This document shows, in pieces, positions 101,051-113,700 of a stretch of DNA of 124,000 nucleotides. The DNA lies in contig OX597823.1 in assembly GCA_951406725.2 (NCBI GenBank), forward strand, positions 38,212,001-38,336,000. The letters are read 5' to 3'. Made by a program: the position numbers and the translations under genes. The notes under the pieces are model-generated. The model worked only from the letters and a program-made list of their open reading frames with translations. It was not told where the DNA came from and did no database searches. This stretch comes from Octopus vulgaris. Lineage: Eukaryota. Position 1 is the stretch's first letter. The number at the start of each line of letters is the position of its first letter.

Positions 101051-101236
101051 CAGTGCTGCACAACGGGTATGCTGTGACACACTGGTGAGTCACGAGACGG
101101 TGTTAGGTGTGCTGCAGTGTAATATAAATTTAATTTTTTCCTCTATACTTTTAGTTATATTTTTAGTTCAGGTGTGCTGCCATATTTTGAAAAGAATATA
101201 AGTGTACTGCAAGGGAAAAAAAGTTGCGGAGCACTG
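101051..101236. mobile_element. hAT-type MITE
   Basis: TIRs CAGTGCTGCACAAC and GTTGCGGAGCACTG. 8-bp TSD TCATGGTG/TCATAATG. Confidence 0.65.
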
Positions 101237-102778
101237 TCATAATGGACAGCAGGTAGATTTTGGAAGTCACAGGCTTGGGAAAAAAGTGGAGTCTCTGTGA
101301 GTGGGTGTATTTTTTCTGTAGTAGTGTGTGATTTTGGAAGCAATATTATCTAGGTTTGAATAGCCAACTTTGAGATTATGAACATTAAAAGTTTGCAGTA
101401 TATATAGGTGTTTGGAAAATGCTGCCTAATTTGGATAAAAGAAACTTCGAGCTTTATTTGTAGATAAACCTTAGAATGAATAGAGGATTCAATCAGATTA
101501 ATTCTCCTTCGAACTCATTTTGGGTCTGGGCAGGTGGGTTGAGGATATGTGTGTATGTGTAAATATACATGTATACATACACACATACATGTCATCATCA
101601 TCATCATCATCATCCTTTAATGTCTGTTTTTATTGTTGGCATGGGTCCAGTGGTTCAGCAGAAGCTAGTGAGCCAGAGGACTGTGCCAAGTTCCAATGTC
101701 TGAGTTGGCATGGTTTCTATGCCAGTCACTTTACAGAGTGTACTGGGTGCTAATTACATGCAAAGTCACCAAGTAACTTGCAAGACAAAACTCTCCAACT
101801 GAGTGGGTGTAGTATTTATTAAGGGAGGTGGCTTTATGCTGGGTGATGAGAGGTTAAAGGGATAGATACAGGTATCTTGCTGTAGAGGAGCTACATGGGC
101901 ACCTTATCTGGAAAAGAGCTGGGATGATGGTGAAGATGTGCCATAGTTGTACAAATTGTCAAAGTCTATGTCATTTTATATACACAGTAGGGGAGAATCA
102001 GGCCAGCCACCTATGGTGCTGTGTATGTCTTTCAATGTGTGTTTCATTGTCATATTACCACTAGAAGGGTTGTGGAGGCCCTTAAAAGTCACTTCTACCC
102101 TAAATCAGTTCTTACTGCCTCCCATCCCTACAGGCCCATTGCCAACTTTGGTGCTTCAGAATATTCTGGGTGGGCACTAATTTGTAATAATACTAAAGCA
102201 AAGTATAAGGCAGTGAGTGGGCAGAATCATTAGCTCACTGGGCAAAATGTTTAGCAGCATTTCATCCATCATTATGTCCTGAGTTCAAATTCTGCCAAGG
102301 TTGACCTTACATGTCATCCTTTAGGATTTTGATAAAATAAGTACCAGTTGATCACTAGGGTTGCTGGCCTTGTGCCAAAATTTGAAATCAATAATAAAGT
102401 GGAGTTTTGAAATAAGCGTATCACTGTAAATCTGAGGGCGCACCTTTGAATAAATGAGGGGGTAGTGCTGTCCAGTGTACTCATTAAGCCACAGGCACCT
102501 CTTGACAGGTAACCAGTAATGTGGGTAGCAGAGTTCAAGTGTCACTTGTGTACGATCCATTTTAGCATAATTTCTATAGCTGAATACTGTTTTTCTTATT
102601 AACCTCTTTAATGAGTGTAATGGATAAATTTCCTTGTGTTCTCAGTACTGAAGTTGTCTCATGGGAAGAAGACTACAGACTCCTCTGTATCCTGAATTTC
102701 AAGGTTATACATATAGGCATACATACATACATACATACATACATACATACATACATACAAACATACATACATACATAA

Positions 102779-102809
<31 letters not shown>

Positions 102810-102888
102810 CATACATGTGTTGGTGTATGTAATGCAAACACACATGTGCATACAAACCACTATATACATATATGTGTATATATATATA

Positions 102889-103086
102889 TGGTGTGTTGTG
102901 AATTTATGGAAAGAAATCCCATAAAACTCAACAATTTAGTTAAAAGTGGAGAAGAGAAGATGTTAAAATATATAAGAGAATTTTAAAATTCTCTTATATA
103001 TTTTAACACCTTCTCCTCTCTATTTTTTGTCAAAATTGTTGAGTTTTATGGGATTTCTTTCCATAAATTCACAACACACCATATAT
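102889..103086. repeat. Loopless about 200-bp palindrome (partial second copy 103832-103975)
   Basis: Centred on AGAGAATTTTAAAATTCTCT. Arms GGTGTGTTGTGAATTTATGG... and ...CCATAAATTCACAACACACC. Confidence 0.9.
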
Positions 103087-103185
103087 AAGTATTATTGTCA
103101 TATTCGCAATTTTATGCCATTAAGCTACCAGCAAAATATGAAGAATCTATATTGGAAACCTCCAAATTAAAGGACAAATCTAATT

Positions 103186-103236
<51 letters not shown>

Positions 103237-103553
103237 TAATTGTATAGGGTACAATTATACTGAAGGGTACAGGAAGTTACTGTGCCTATATGCTGAAAGA
103301 AGATGCCGAATTCGTCCCACCACTTTACATGTTTACTCCACATATACACTTTATCCTGTAATTATGTTTAGATATAACCCATTCACTTTGGGTCAGTTTA
103401 TTTACCTCTGTAATATTCTGACCAAATGCACACATGCTGAGGTGGATTGTGAAATTCGATGCGTATATATGTGTGACTATTTGTATGTACTTGCATTTTG
103501 CATGTGCTTTTTTGTGGGTATGTATAAATATTTTCGTTTATTTTGCTTAGTAT

Positions 103554-103610
103554 GTTCTGCTGATGAAGGAAGAGTTATCAAACTAATCCAGAAATTGATC
103601 TATCCAAAAC
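103554..103610 (+). ncRNA. Type I hammerhead candidate with intact core and imperfect stems
   Basis: GTTCTG-CTGATGA-A-GGA…TCC-A-GAAA-TTGATCT-ATC-CAAAAC, within a unit with a 412-bp-period direct repeat (103350/103762). Confidence 0.6.
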
Positions 103611-103784
103611 TAACTGAATTATTTTATGAATTTTTAGTCAGTCTACTTTCTCGCTTTCAACCTGTGTGTATTTGTGGAGTGAACATATATATCTATATAT
103701 GTATTTTACCTAAAAGGTTTTTATATGATGGCCACTAATAAAATTCATTAATTTTAATGATTTTATCCTGTAATTATGTTTAAA

Positions 103785-103826
<42 letters not shown>

Positions 103827-104269
103827 AAATATGGTGTATTGTGAATTTATGGGAAGAAATCCCATAAAATCCTCAACTAATTTTGATAAAAATGGAGAAG
103901 AGAAGGTGTTAAATATATAAGAGAATTTTAAAATTCTCTTACATATTTAACAACCTTCTCCTCTATTTTTATCAGGTCATTCGAAGTTTTCTTTCTTCAG
104001 TCAAGCACCAGATTATCCTCACAATTTTGACTGATTATACTTAAGATTGCTCCAATCTGGCCAGCTCCAAGGAAAAACTAAGCTAAAGAGCATTAGATTC
104101 CTTGGAAGAAAGCAGCAAATGTATACAAAAACAAGGATGGAAAGAAAAGGGTGGGAAACATGACAGAAATAAATCACTATAAAGTAAATCATCACGATGT
104201 TTATTTTAACTTGTAAAGGTTAATATTTTTTATTGATTGACATTTTAAAGTTTCAGGTTCTATGTGTAA

Positions 104270-105260
104270 CTGTTTAATCATGCCATGAACAAAAGAAGCC
104301 TTGGAACCGACTGAATTTCAAAGAGGCCGTATTGTGGGTCATTCTGAAGGTGGACTTAGTGTAAAATTGCAGAAAACCTTCAGATTCTGCTTTCTACAGT
104401 TAATTGTGATTGTGCAATTCACTAGAGAAGGGAAGGAGTTCACATTACTTTGCTCAGGTTGACCAAGGTCCTCTGACAGGACCCTTCACTTTGTTAAGAG
104501 TAATGTGGAGGATATTCCTTATTGCAAGGCCTCTGGCATAGCAGAACAAGTTGATGTCAGTCCCAGAACAGCTGTCAGGTATCTCCACAAACATGGCTAC
104601 TATGGCAGAGCAACAAGAAGGAAGCGACTTCTTCAACTAACCAAAATCAAGTAGAGAAAAGATTTGGCCAGTGAGATGGTGGAGAAGCCACTAGCATTTT
104701 GGGACACTCATATTCTCTGATGAGTCCAGATTTGCTATATTTTCTGATAGTGGTTGAGTATGGGTCTGGAGATTCTGTGATCAAGAATTTGATGTGAAAA
104801 GATTGTAGCCAACAATGAAACACCGGTGGCTATTTTGTGATAGGATGGGGAGCAATTTGGAGTAATGATCAATCAGAGCTGGTGGAGTCTGAGGGAAACA
104901 GACAAATGTGTACATATTACAGAAAGGACTCCTTCCAATCTTCTCCAGTAGTGAAATGATTAAAGAAGACTCTTTATTTATGGAATATGGGGTCCTTGTT
105001 ACATGGCTAAAAAGACCAAGCTTCCATGGCCAAGCCTGTCATCAGATATGAACACTATTGTGCACCTCTGAGGCATAATGGACAGGAACTTTGTAAAAAG
105101 AACATAAAAGCATCCTCAAAGTCAGATCTTTTGAGATTACTGAATGAAACTTGGTAAGAAATTCCTCAAGAGAATATTCATCAATTGATCAGTATTATGC
105201 CTAATAGGGTCCTTGCATAGAAAAATATCAAGAGCATATCTACTAAATATTAGATATTCA
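104270..105260 (+). mobile_element. Decayed Tc1 element
   Basis: EPTEFQRGRIVGHSEGG...IFSDESRFAIFSD...WPSLSSDMNTI. Confidence 0.75.
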
Positions 105261-105437
105261 CATTATAATAATATATTAATAATTTTAATGTATAATTTCA
105301 GATTTAAATACATTTTAACGATTATAAGGGTGTCTACTTACTTCTGTCATGTGTGTGTGTGTGTGTGTATGAATATATGTATAGAAATGTGTTTGCAAAA
105401 GGAGGAAAAAATGTACTCATACTACGTGTATGAATCG

Positions 105438-105477
<40 letters not shown>

Positions 105478-105756
105478 GTCTATCTATTTAGCTAGCTATA
105501 TTTAATTTATATTTATATGTATATATTTGTAGAAACAAGTGCATGAATGTATGTGTATAGACAGACAGACAGACATAGATAAATTGACAACAAGTGGCAT
105601 CGAAATTGTGAAAAGGTTTCTAAGTAATGATATGGAGAGAGAGAGAGAGAATTTTTCCCCTTTATATTGACCATATGAAACATAAACAACCCAAATCACT
105701 GATTTGGCGTATTTTTATTACCTCGGCCATTCCTCAATAGGAAATGTTAAAGGTTG

Positions 105757-105801
<45 letters not shown>

Positions 105802-106208
105802 GTGTGTCAGCCCTTGTGGCCAATAAAAAGAATTAATTATTATTATTACTACTACATTCACCTGTAGCTTTCTTCCTACTTGTCCTTCAAGTTTATTTAT
105901 ATACACCCTGTTATTTCAACTGTGTTATTTCACCCACGCAATTTTATTCCAAGTTGTCAATCAGGACATTAGACAAAAATGTGTTGTGTATGTGTATGTT
106001 ACTGTGTGACGCCTTTTCAAAATGTGGATTTTAAAAAAGTGCTGTTTGTTTTCCAAATATTTCTTGATGTTAGGCTAATTTAAAATTATTACATTATTTA
106101 ACTCGGTGATATATTCATTTCCTATTTATTGAATGTTAAATGAATACTTTTGGTTAAGTCCAGAAATTCTAAAGAAAGGGAAAATAATTCTTTTTGTGAG
106201 AATTATAC

Positions 106209-106290
<82 letters not shown>

Positions 106291-106299
106291 ACGAGAGAG

Positions 106300-108136
106300 T
106301 ATCATTTCATTCATTCCGTTTAGATTTAACCGAAGGAATTGGGACGGACTTACCAAGGAATGGTAATAGATTAGCTGAAATGAAAGAGTTAATAAAGAAG
106401 AAAGACGAATAAGAGAATATACGAGCAGAAATATTAAAAAGAGAGATAAAAATTCTGAAGCGGTGTTGAGATGATTTCATAGAACGAAACATTTATTAGT
106501 ATTGTTATCATTACGGGGCGGCAAACTGACAAAAGCGGCAGAGCATCGGTCTAAATGTTTAGCTTTAATTAGTTCGGTTCCTCTGCATACTGAAATCCCA
106601 GTACCAGTCATGTACTAGGCTTTATTTTAATCCCTTGCAATTTTTTGACCAAGAGCCTATGTTAAGAATTATTAATATCTATTATACTATTATTAGCTAT
106701 AACGATGACGGAATGGTAGTAGTATTAAAACATCGCCAGAAATGGTATATACATACATACATATAGATGCATATATGTACACACATACGTACGTGTGTGT
106801 GTATGAAGAAATGTGGAGAAGCATTGTCGGAAAAAAAGGCGTAGTAAATAATCGAAGGAAAGATTTGTATGAAGTGTTGTGTAAAAAGAGGATGAGGACG
106901 GCAAGGTATGAATGTTTATAAAGAGTGGTGAAGAGGGAAAGGAAGAAACACTGAAAGAAAAGAGAAAGACGAAAGAGCGAGAGAGAGAAATAGAAAGAAA
107001 GAAAGAATGAGTGTTAGAATGAGAGAAAAGGGAGTGTCAGGTGAAGATAACATAGTGAAGGACAATGTATTATAGTTAGAGAGAGAATGAGAGAGTGAGA
107101 TATATATATATATATATACATAGAGATAAATAAAAAGAAATAAAGAAAAAAGATAGACTAAAGTGACTGAGCAGTGGAAAGAAAGAAAATAAAAGAGAAC
107201 AAGTGTTACAATGAGGGAAAAGGAGTGTCAAGCGAGGATAATAGAGAGAAGGACGGTGTATGGTAGCTAAAGAGAGTGAGATAGATACATACATAAAAAG
107301 ACAAAGAGAGGAAGAGAGAGAGGGAGATTGAGGAAGGTTAGCAGAGGCTGCGAGATGCAGGCACTATTATTATTGCATGTAGTCAGCGAGTGTTGTTTGC
107401 AACACCGTTGGGCTTAAAAGTAGCCAGGCTCTTGGAGATAAACGCATCTTTTACAGTTAGATCACTTAATTAAGGAATTTTTACACGGTTCGATGTTGGT
107501 ACATATGAAATTCTCCCTAAAATCTTGCCTGGTCTCACTGTCCGGCTTTTAATATGAGACATTAACATGGCGACTTCTCTTTATAACTGCAGACGACACG
107601 ACTTTTCAGTGAATTTGACCGGTATTTAAACGGTCATTTTTGCTTTTTTTGGGAAAAAAAAACAAAACATGCTTTCGATTATGGATAAATATACACAATA
107701 TCGAGATATTATTAAAGTATAATTGATTGGCAAGGTAGGTTTTAACTGTTTACTCTCGAGTATTTCGGTTTGACCACACTTGGTTTCATTTCAACACTGT
107801 TTATTTAATAATGGATCATTTATTGATCTTCATTTCTCTCCAAAAAAAAAAAGAAATAATAATAATAATAATAATCATAATAATAATAAGTGTAAATATA
107901 TAATCATTATTAATGAAATGTATGCTTTGGCGTGTTGCAGAAATTCTTATTCACATGTACCATACTTATTAATTTCATTACGAAATTCTCTGTATTTATT
108001 TATTTATCTCTTATAAATGCTCAACTTGTAAAAAAATATTCTGTAAAAACGCACCGAAGAAATACAGAATTAATGAAACCAGCATCGCAATCTGTTTATA
108101 TTAACGTATACTGCTGCATTATTATTTTCGCTGAAC

Positions 108137-108171
<35 letters not shown>

Positions 108172-108503
108172 TATATATATATATATATATACATACACAC
108201 ACACATATAATATATGTGTGTGTGTGTGTGCATGTGTGTATTTATATATATATATAGATGCACACATACACACATATAATATATGTGTGTGTGTATGTGT
108301 GCATGTGTATGTATATATATATACATGCACACATACACACACACACACATATATTATATGTGTGTGTGCGTGTGTGTTGGTTGTAGTGGCTGGTGTTTAC
108401 GTTAATGTTGGCAATCCTTACTGGTAATTGCTTCGGTTTTCTTCGTCGCCACCTCTAGATGCACACATACACACATATAATATATGTGTGTGTGTATGTG
108501 TGC

Positions 108504-108541
<38 letters not shown>

Positions 108542-108931
108542 GCACACATACACACATATAATATATGTGTGTGTGTGTGTATGTGTGCATGTGTATGTAT
108601 ATATATATATATGCACACATACACACTTATAATATATGTGTGTGTGTGTGTGCGTGCGTGTGTATGTGTGTGTGCGTGTGTGTTGGTTGTAGTGGCTGGT
108701 GTTTACGTTAATGTTGGCAATCCTTACTGGTAATTGCTTCGGTTTTCTTCGTCGCCACCTCTCAACAATCAACGAGAAATGAAATATTGATTCCCACTTG
108801 TTAAATTTTTACTTCATTACAAACTTACTTTCCATGTTATTTCATGCCGCAATCGGTTATGTTATCATCATCATCATCATCGTCATCATCATCGCTGATA
108901 TCAATGCTGTCATTATTAACATTTGGTGTTG

Positions 108932-108966
<35 letters not shown>

Positions 108967-109306
108967 GTTGTTGTTAATATTATTATTATTTAGCGCTCGA
109001 CCCTGCTGTTTGCCTTCACTGAAAACTCAAAAGTCGAACCACTTTAGGCATTTATTATCTCCGTCCCTCCCTCTCTCTTTCTCTCTTCCCCTCGAATACA
109101 TACATACATACAATTATTTGTAGGATTCATTTGAATCAATGTATTTTAACATCCAGGACACCAACCAAGCGAGGGTCGAGCTCGGTACATACGTGTACAT
109201 ATGCAGACACATTCGTATATACCCGTGTACACACACACACACACACACACAATGTATGTACGTGTATGCATGCAGAATGTGAATGCGTGTACATTTTTTT
109301 ATCATA

Positions 109307-109402
<96 letters not shown>

Positions 109403-109900
109403 AATACAGGATATATGACATTAAGGGCTTAGGCGGGTTTTCGGGGAGCAAGTGCGACAACTACTTGTATTATTTGCCGAGAAACGTGTACGACTCTTAC
109501 AATAAATAAAGGTTTTGAATTAATTACTGATACCATTCATATATATATATACGTACACACACGCACACACTAATTAATATACAATCGTATGCACACAGAC
109601 AGGTGCTTTCTAGATGTATTTCCTTCTTTTAACCATTAAACGCATTCTTATAATCATTTAAAACACTGTTGTTTCTGGATTTCTCTGCTGTTTTGCTTCA
109701 ATAATTATAAAATCTTCCGCACTATGCTATAACGATCTGTTCCACCAACTAACCCCATACCCCCTTCTCCAGAATAGATTAAATCGCAGCTCCTTCCCAC
109801 TTCATCTCGTTTATGCTTATTAAACTGAATAAGCAATTTTGCTTTCGGGCTTTTAAACAATTGTTTTAGGAAAACAATTTTAATTTTTTTTTTTTTACCG
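106300..109900. promoter_or_regulatory. Putative CpG-retaining, possibly bidirectional promoter region
   Basis: By eye, more CpG and fewer transposons than the rest of the window. AACATGGCG at 107564, plus-strand donor AAG|GTAGGT at 107735. Confidence 0.4.
106354..106492 (-). CDS. Candidate first exon of a minus-strand gene (coding status uncertain)
   Basis: ATG at 106492 is open to a consensus donor TTG|GTAAGT at 106353, in a CpG-richer unique region. Confidence 0.3.
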
Positions 109901-110135
109901 CTTGTAGCCATTCAATTTCAGGATATTTTAACCCCATGATCATCAATATCCTAGAATATATTGTCTATCAAAGATTTTACTTTGTGCTTGGACAGTATTA
110001 TTTTATATAATGTATGTATTACGCTAGAAAGCATAACAAGACAAGCATTTTTATATATTATATATATATATATATATATAAACATATATAAATTTAGCAT
110101 AAGGGCATACAAGACGTCTACCTGTTAGAAAGAGG

Positions 110136-110195
<60 letters not shown>

Positions 110196-110559
110196 AAGAG
110201 AGAGAGAGTTAGATATATACATATAGCTAGATGACTAAATTAACTAAATAAATAGATACATAGATTGTGTGTGAGTGTGATTTCTTAGCAAATGCAACCA
110301 CCCCTTTGGTCAATTATAATATGCCTAGAAACATGCGTGTGTATATAGTAATATAGATTTAGGTGTACTTAGTTATATAGCAAACTGAGTCGGAAAATAA
110401 CAACCCAGTAAAGATAACGCAACAAATAACCAACCAACCAACCAACCAACCCTTTACCCTGTTCAATGCTAACGTGTGAATCATTCATCTGTAAGAGATA
110501 TAGAATTTCCTACTGCAACCACGACTGTCAGAGAGTCCGATCTTCTTTCGCTTTAACAG

Positions 110560-110752
110560 TACATTCTAACCCATCTGAAACTCACTACTGTTGTCTTCTT
110601 TCAAAGCGCTCATCACTACACAGCTGATAAAACACTATCTCCTGCTCCACGATTTTATAGTACTAAAATCACTAGAGATCATATTTGTGAAAACTGGGTA
110701 CTTTCTTTCTGTGACAAGCACCACAACCAATGCTTTGACACATTTGTGCAGA
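110560..110752 (+). CDS. Candidate internal coding exon of an unidentified gene
   Basis: Acceptor TCTTCTTTCGCTTTAACAG, 64 open codons (YILTHLKLTTVVFFQSAHHYTADKTLSPAPRFYSTKITRDHICENWVLSFCDKHHNQCFDTFVQ), donor A|GTTAGT. Confidence 0.35.
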
Positions 110753-113700
110753 GTTAGTGTATCTATTATTTCTTTGAATGCTTAAAGAATGTGACATGAA
110801 ACAGATTTTAAAAGTCTTTTACTCAATGAATGTTATGATTCTGCATTCTTTTAATAATTGATATATCATGTGATGGACGAGTGCTGTTCCTTACTGATTT
110901 GTAGCATTATTTCTTGAATAAAGTCTCTGCTATACAGATGTCATGTTGTTACTTCTTATGACAGTTTATTGGATAAATCAAATGTAGACAATTTTGCATT
111001 CAGAAAGATTCAAAGCATTTTCTTGTTAATATTCTGAAAGAACTCAAGGAAGAAAAAGACCCCATAACATTCAAAACAGAACCAGGAAAAATTCTTCCAA
111101 GAAATACCAAATAACTCATCACACTGCCACCTGGAGACATTTTAGTAAACAACAACTCCCTACACGAGTGGGCTATGATGTCCTAAAATATGACTTAAAA
111201 AAAACTATGCCAGATGGGGCTATTAAGTTACCTGCATATTTCTGACTAATGGACTACACACCTTAGTAAACATTATATCACATGAAACATTTAAATTTGT
111301 CACAGATTGTGGTAATTATGAGAAGTGATAAATTGCCTAAATGGTATCTATATCTAATTAATGAACAAATTTTTTTTTGTTTTGCAAGATCTCAGTTCTT
111401 AACTCAAAAACAACAGTAAACTGAATCTGTATTAATTTCTTCAAATCTTAAAACTATAGTATAAAAAAAAAATACAATCCCAAGATAGAGTTATTGAGAA
111501 CAATCTCAGTATTTGACTGGTACTTTATTTTATTGATTCCAAAAGACGACTTAGTTAATCTCAGTGGTATTTGAACTCAAAACGTAAAGAGTTGGAACAA
111601 ATACTACTTAGCATTTTTACTCATGCACTAACAATTCTGCCGACAAGTAAAAGACTTGGACTATTTGAAAATAGAATGCTAATCTTAGAAATAGTAGTAT
111701 CACCAGCCAGAGCATTAGACATAACTCTAAAGAATTCTTGCATTTATTATCAGGATATCCCTGTAAATACTATTGCTGTCATAAATGACAACAACAATGA
111801 AGCTATTTCAGTAGCTGCTTCTCACAAGTGTTTCTTTCTCAATAGGGAATAATATACATGGCTAGAAAATGTCTAGTGGAGATACCTTATGTCACAAGTG
111901 TGGGAATAATGATAATTTTTCTGTAACTCTTTAATTTATAGGTTTTCTGATTTATTGAAACATTTTCTGTGTTATGAGTGCTTTAATAATGTAATTAATA
112001 AATCAGTCACTGTAAGCTCATAGCACTGATAACTTCTCAACCAAAACTGATATTTCTAAGTGAAATGGTTTAGTCTTTAAACTATTCAGAGGCAACATCA
112101 TGATGACATCAACTCAGTATAGTTCCATAATACAGGACACACAGTTTATTGAAATATTGTACAAACAGCAATCACTCTTTGAATACATCTGCTCAGATAT
112201 CATACTTGAACAGTATTTCATTTCATAGCATTTAATGGTTCTGAAAATTCCACATGTTGTACTCTTCATTAATTTGACTATATTTACTTCTACTCAAAGA
112301 TTGTAATAAGAAAAGAAGCAAACTACCTAATCAAAGGCATCATGGAGAGCTTGGATTGTTGTAATAAAGAAAATGAAAACCATAAATTATGCTTTTTCAT
112401 TGATTCTCAACCACTGTCAACATTCTTCCTTCATGCTTTTATAGTACCTGTGATTGAATAGTTAATACATTATATTGCATCCCATCTTGGGCAGTTCTAT
112501 TGCTGCTGCTGCACATACAGACATCTCAGACCACATGCAGAAAAGACACTCCATCTAACCTGTGACCCATGGCTGCATTGTCTCCTTTCTCTATCTTTTC
112601 TACCTCTACTATAATGGCTTCTGCTCCTCTGAACTGGCTAGGTGCATGCCACATCCACTCAGGCATTCTTGATCCACTCTTCTCTCTTCCCCTCATCATT
112701 TTTGTTGTGTCCAATCCCCTAGGTCCCACACTCAGTTCTTTCTTTCTAGAGCATCAGCCTCAGGAACTCCCCATTAGTGGCTCTAGAGGAACATTAATGG
112801 CATTGATCTTGTTAGTCTCAGAGGGCCAGTTAAGGTCATGGGTACTGTCCCTTCTTCCAAATAAAAATGGATGATCCTGACAAAAATCTATGTGCATTTC
112901 TGTCACATGTCAAAGAATGTGATATAATTTTCTCTAATAAAAAAAATGTGTTCTTTTAGTAATTGGTGTATCACTTGATAGGCAAATTTTCACCTTTACT
113001 TAAAACAGAAGTTGAGCAGCTGCAGCATTATTCATTGAATAAAGTCTTTGTATGGTTTTGTTTATTGTTACCCCTTATTGCTGTGTATATTGTTTTACCT
113101 ACTCATTTGTCATCATCATCACTGTTACATCTACTTTCCATGCTGGCATGAGTTGGACAGATCATCACAATCTGCATTAGTTCCTGTTCAGAGGGATACT
113201 ACCCTCCATTTCTGGCATGGTTCCTGCCAAATGTCCTTCCTAACACCAACCACTTTACAGAGTATACAGAATGCATTTTAATGTAGTACCAGCACCACTG
113301 AAATTACTTTATGCCTCATGACACTGTTCTATGGTGTTTGTGTTCAGTCAAAGCAATATGTCAAAGAGAGTGAGTATAAGGGCAGGGAGTAGGGATATGA
113401 TGGAGGTGAAACAGGAACAATGATTGGAGTGAAAAAGCGGTAGAGGAAGGTACAATGGAAGAGATGCCATACTGAAACGAGTATGATGGAAGAAACAGTA
113501 AGGTACATTGGATTGGTGAGAGGGTATCAAATAGCAAATGGAGATTTAATAGGGTATGTAGGGCAGTAGGCCCGAGTGTCAGTTGGAGCAGCAGATGAAG
113601 GTTTAACAGGGATATAGTGAATAATAATAGCTCCAAATGTAGATATATATCTCCCAGGTTCATCACTACCATCATTTTAATGGTTTTTAGGCTATGGATG

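Noticed and set aside
104717-104723. CTGATGA motif
   Set aside because: It encodes the Tc1 FSDE motif and is not a ribozyme.
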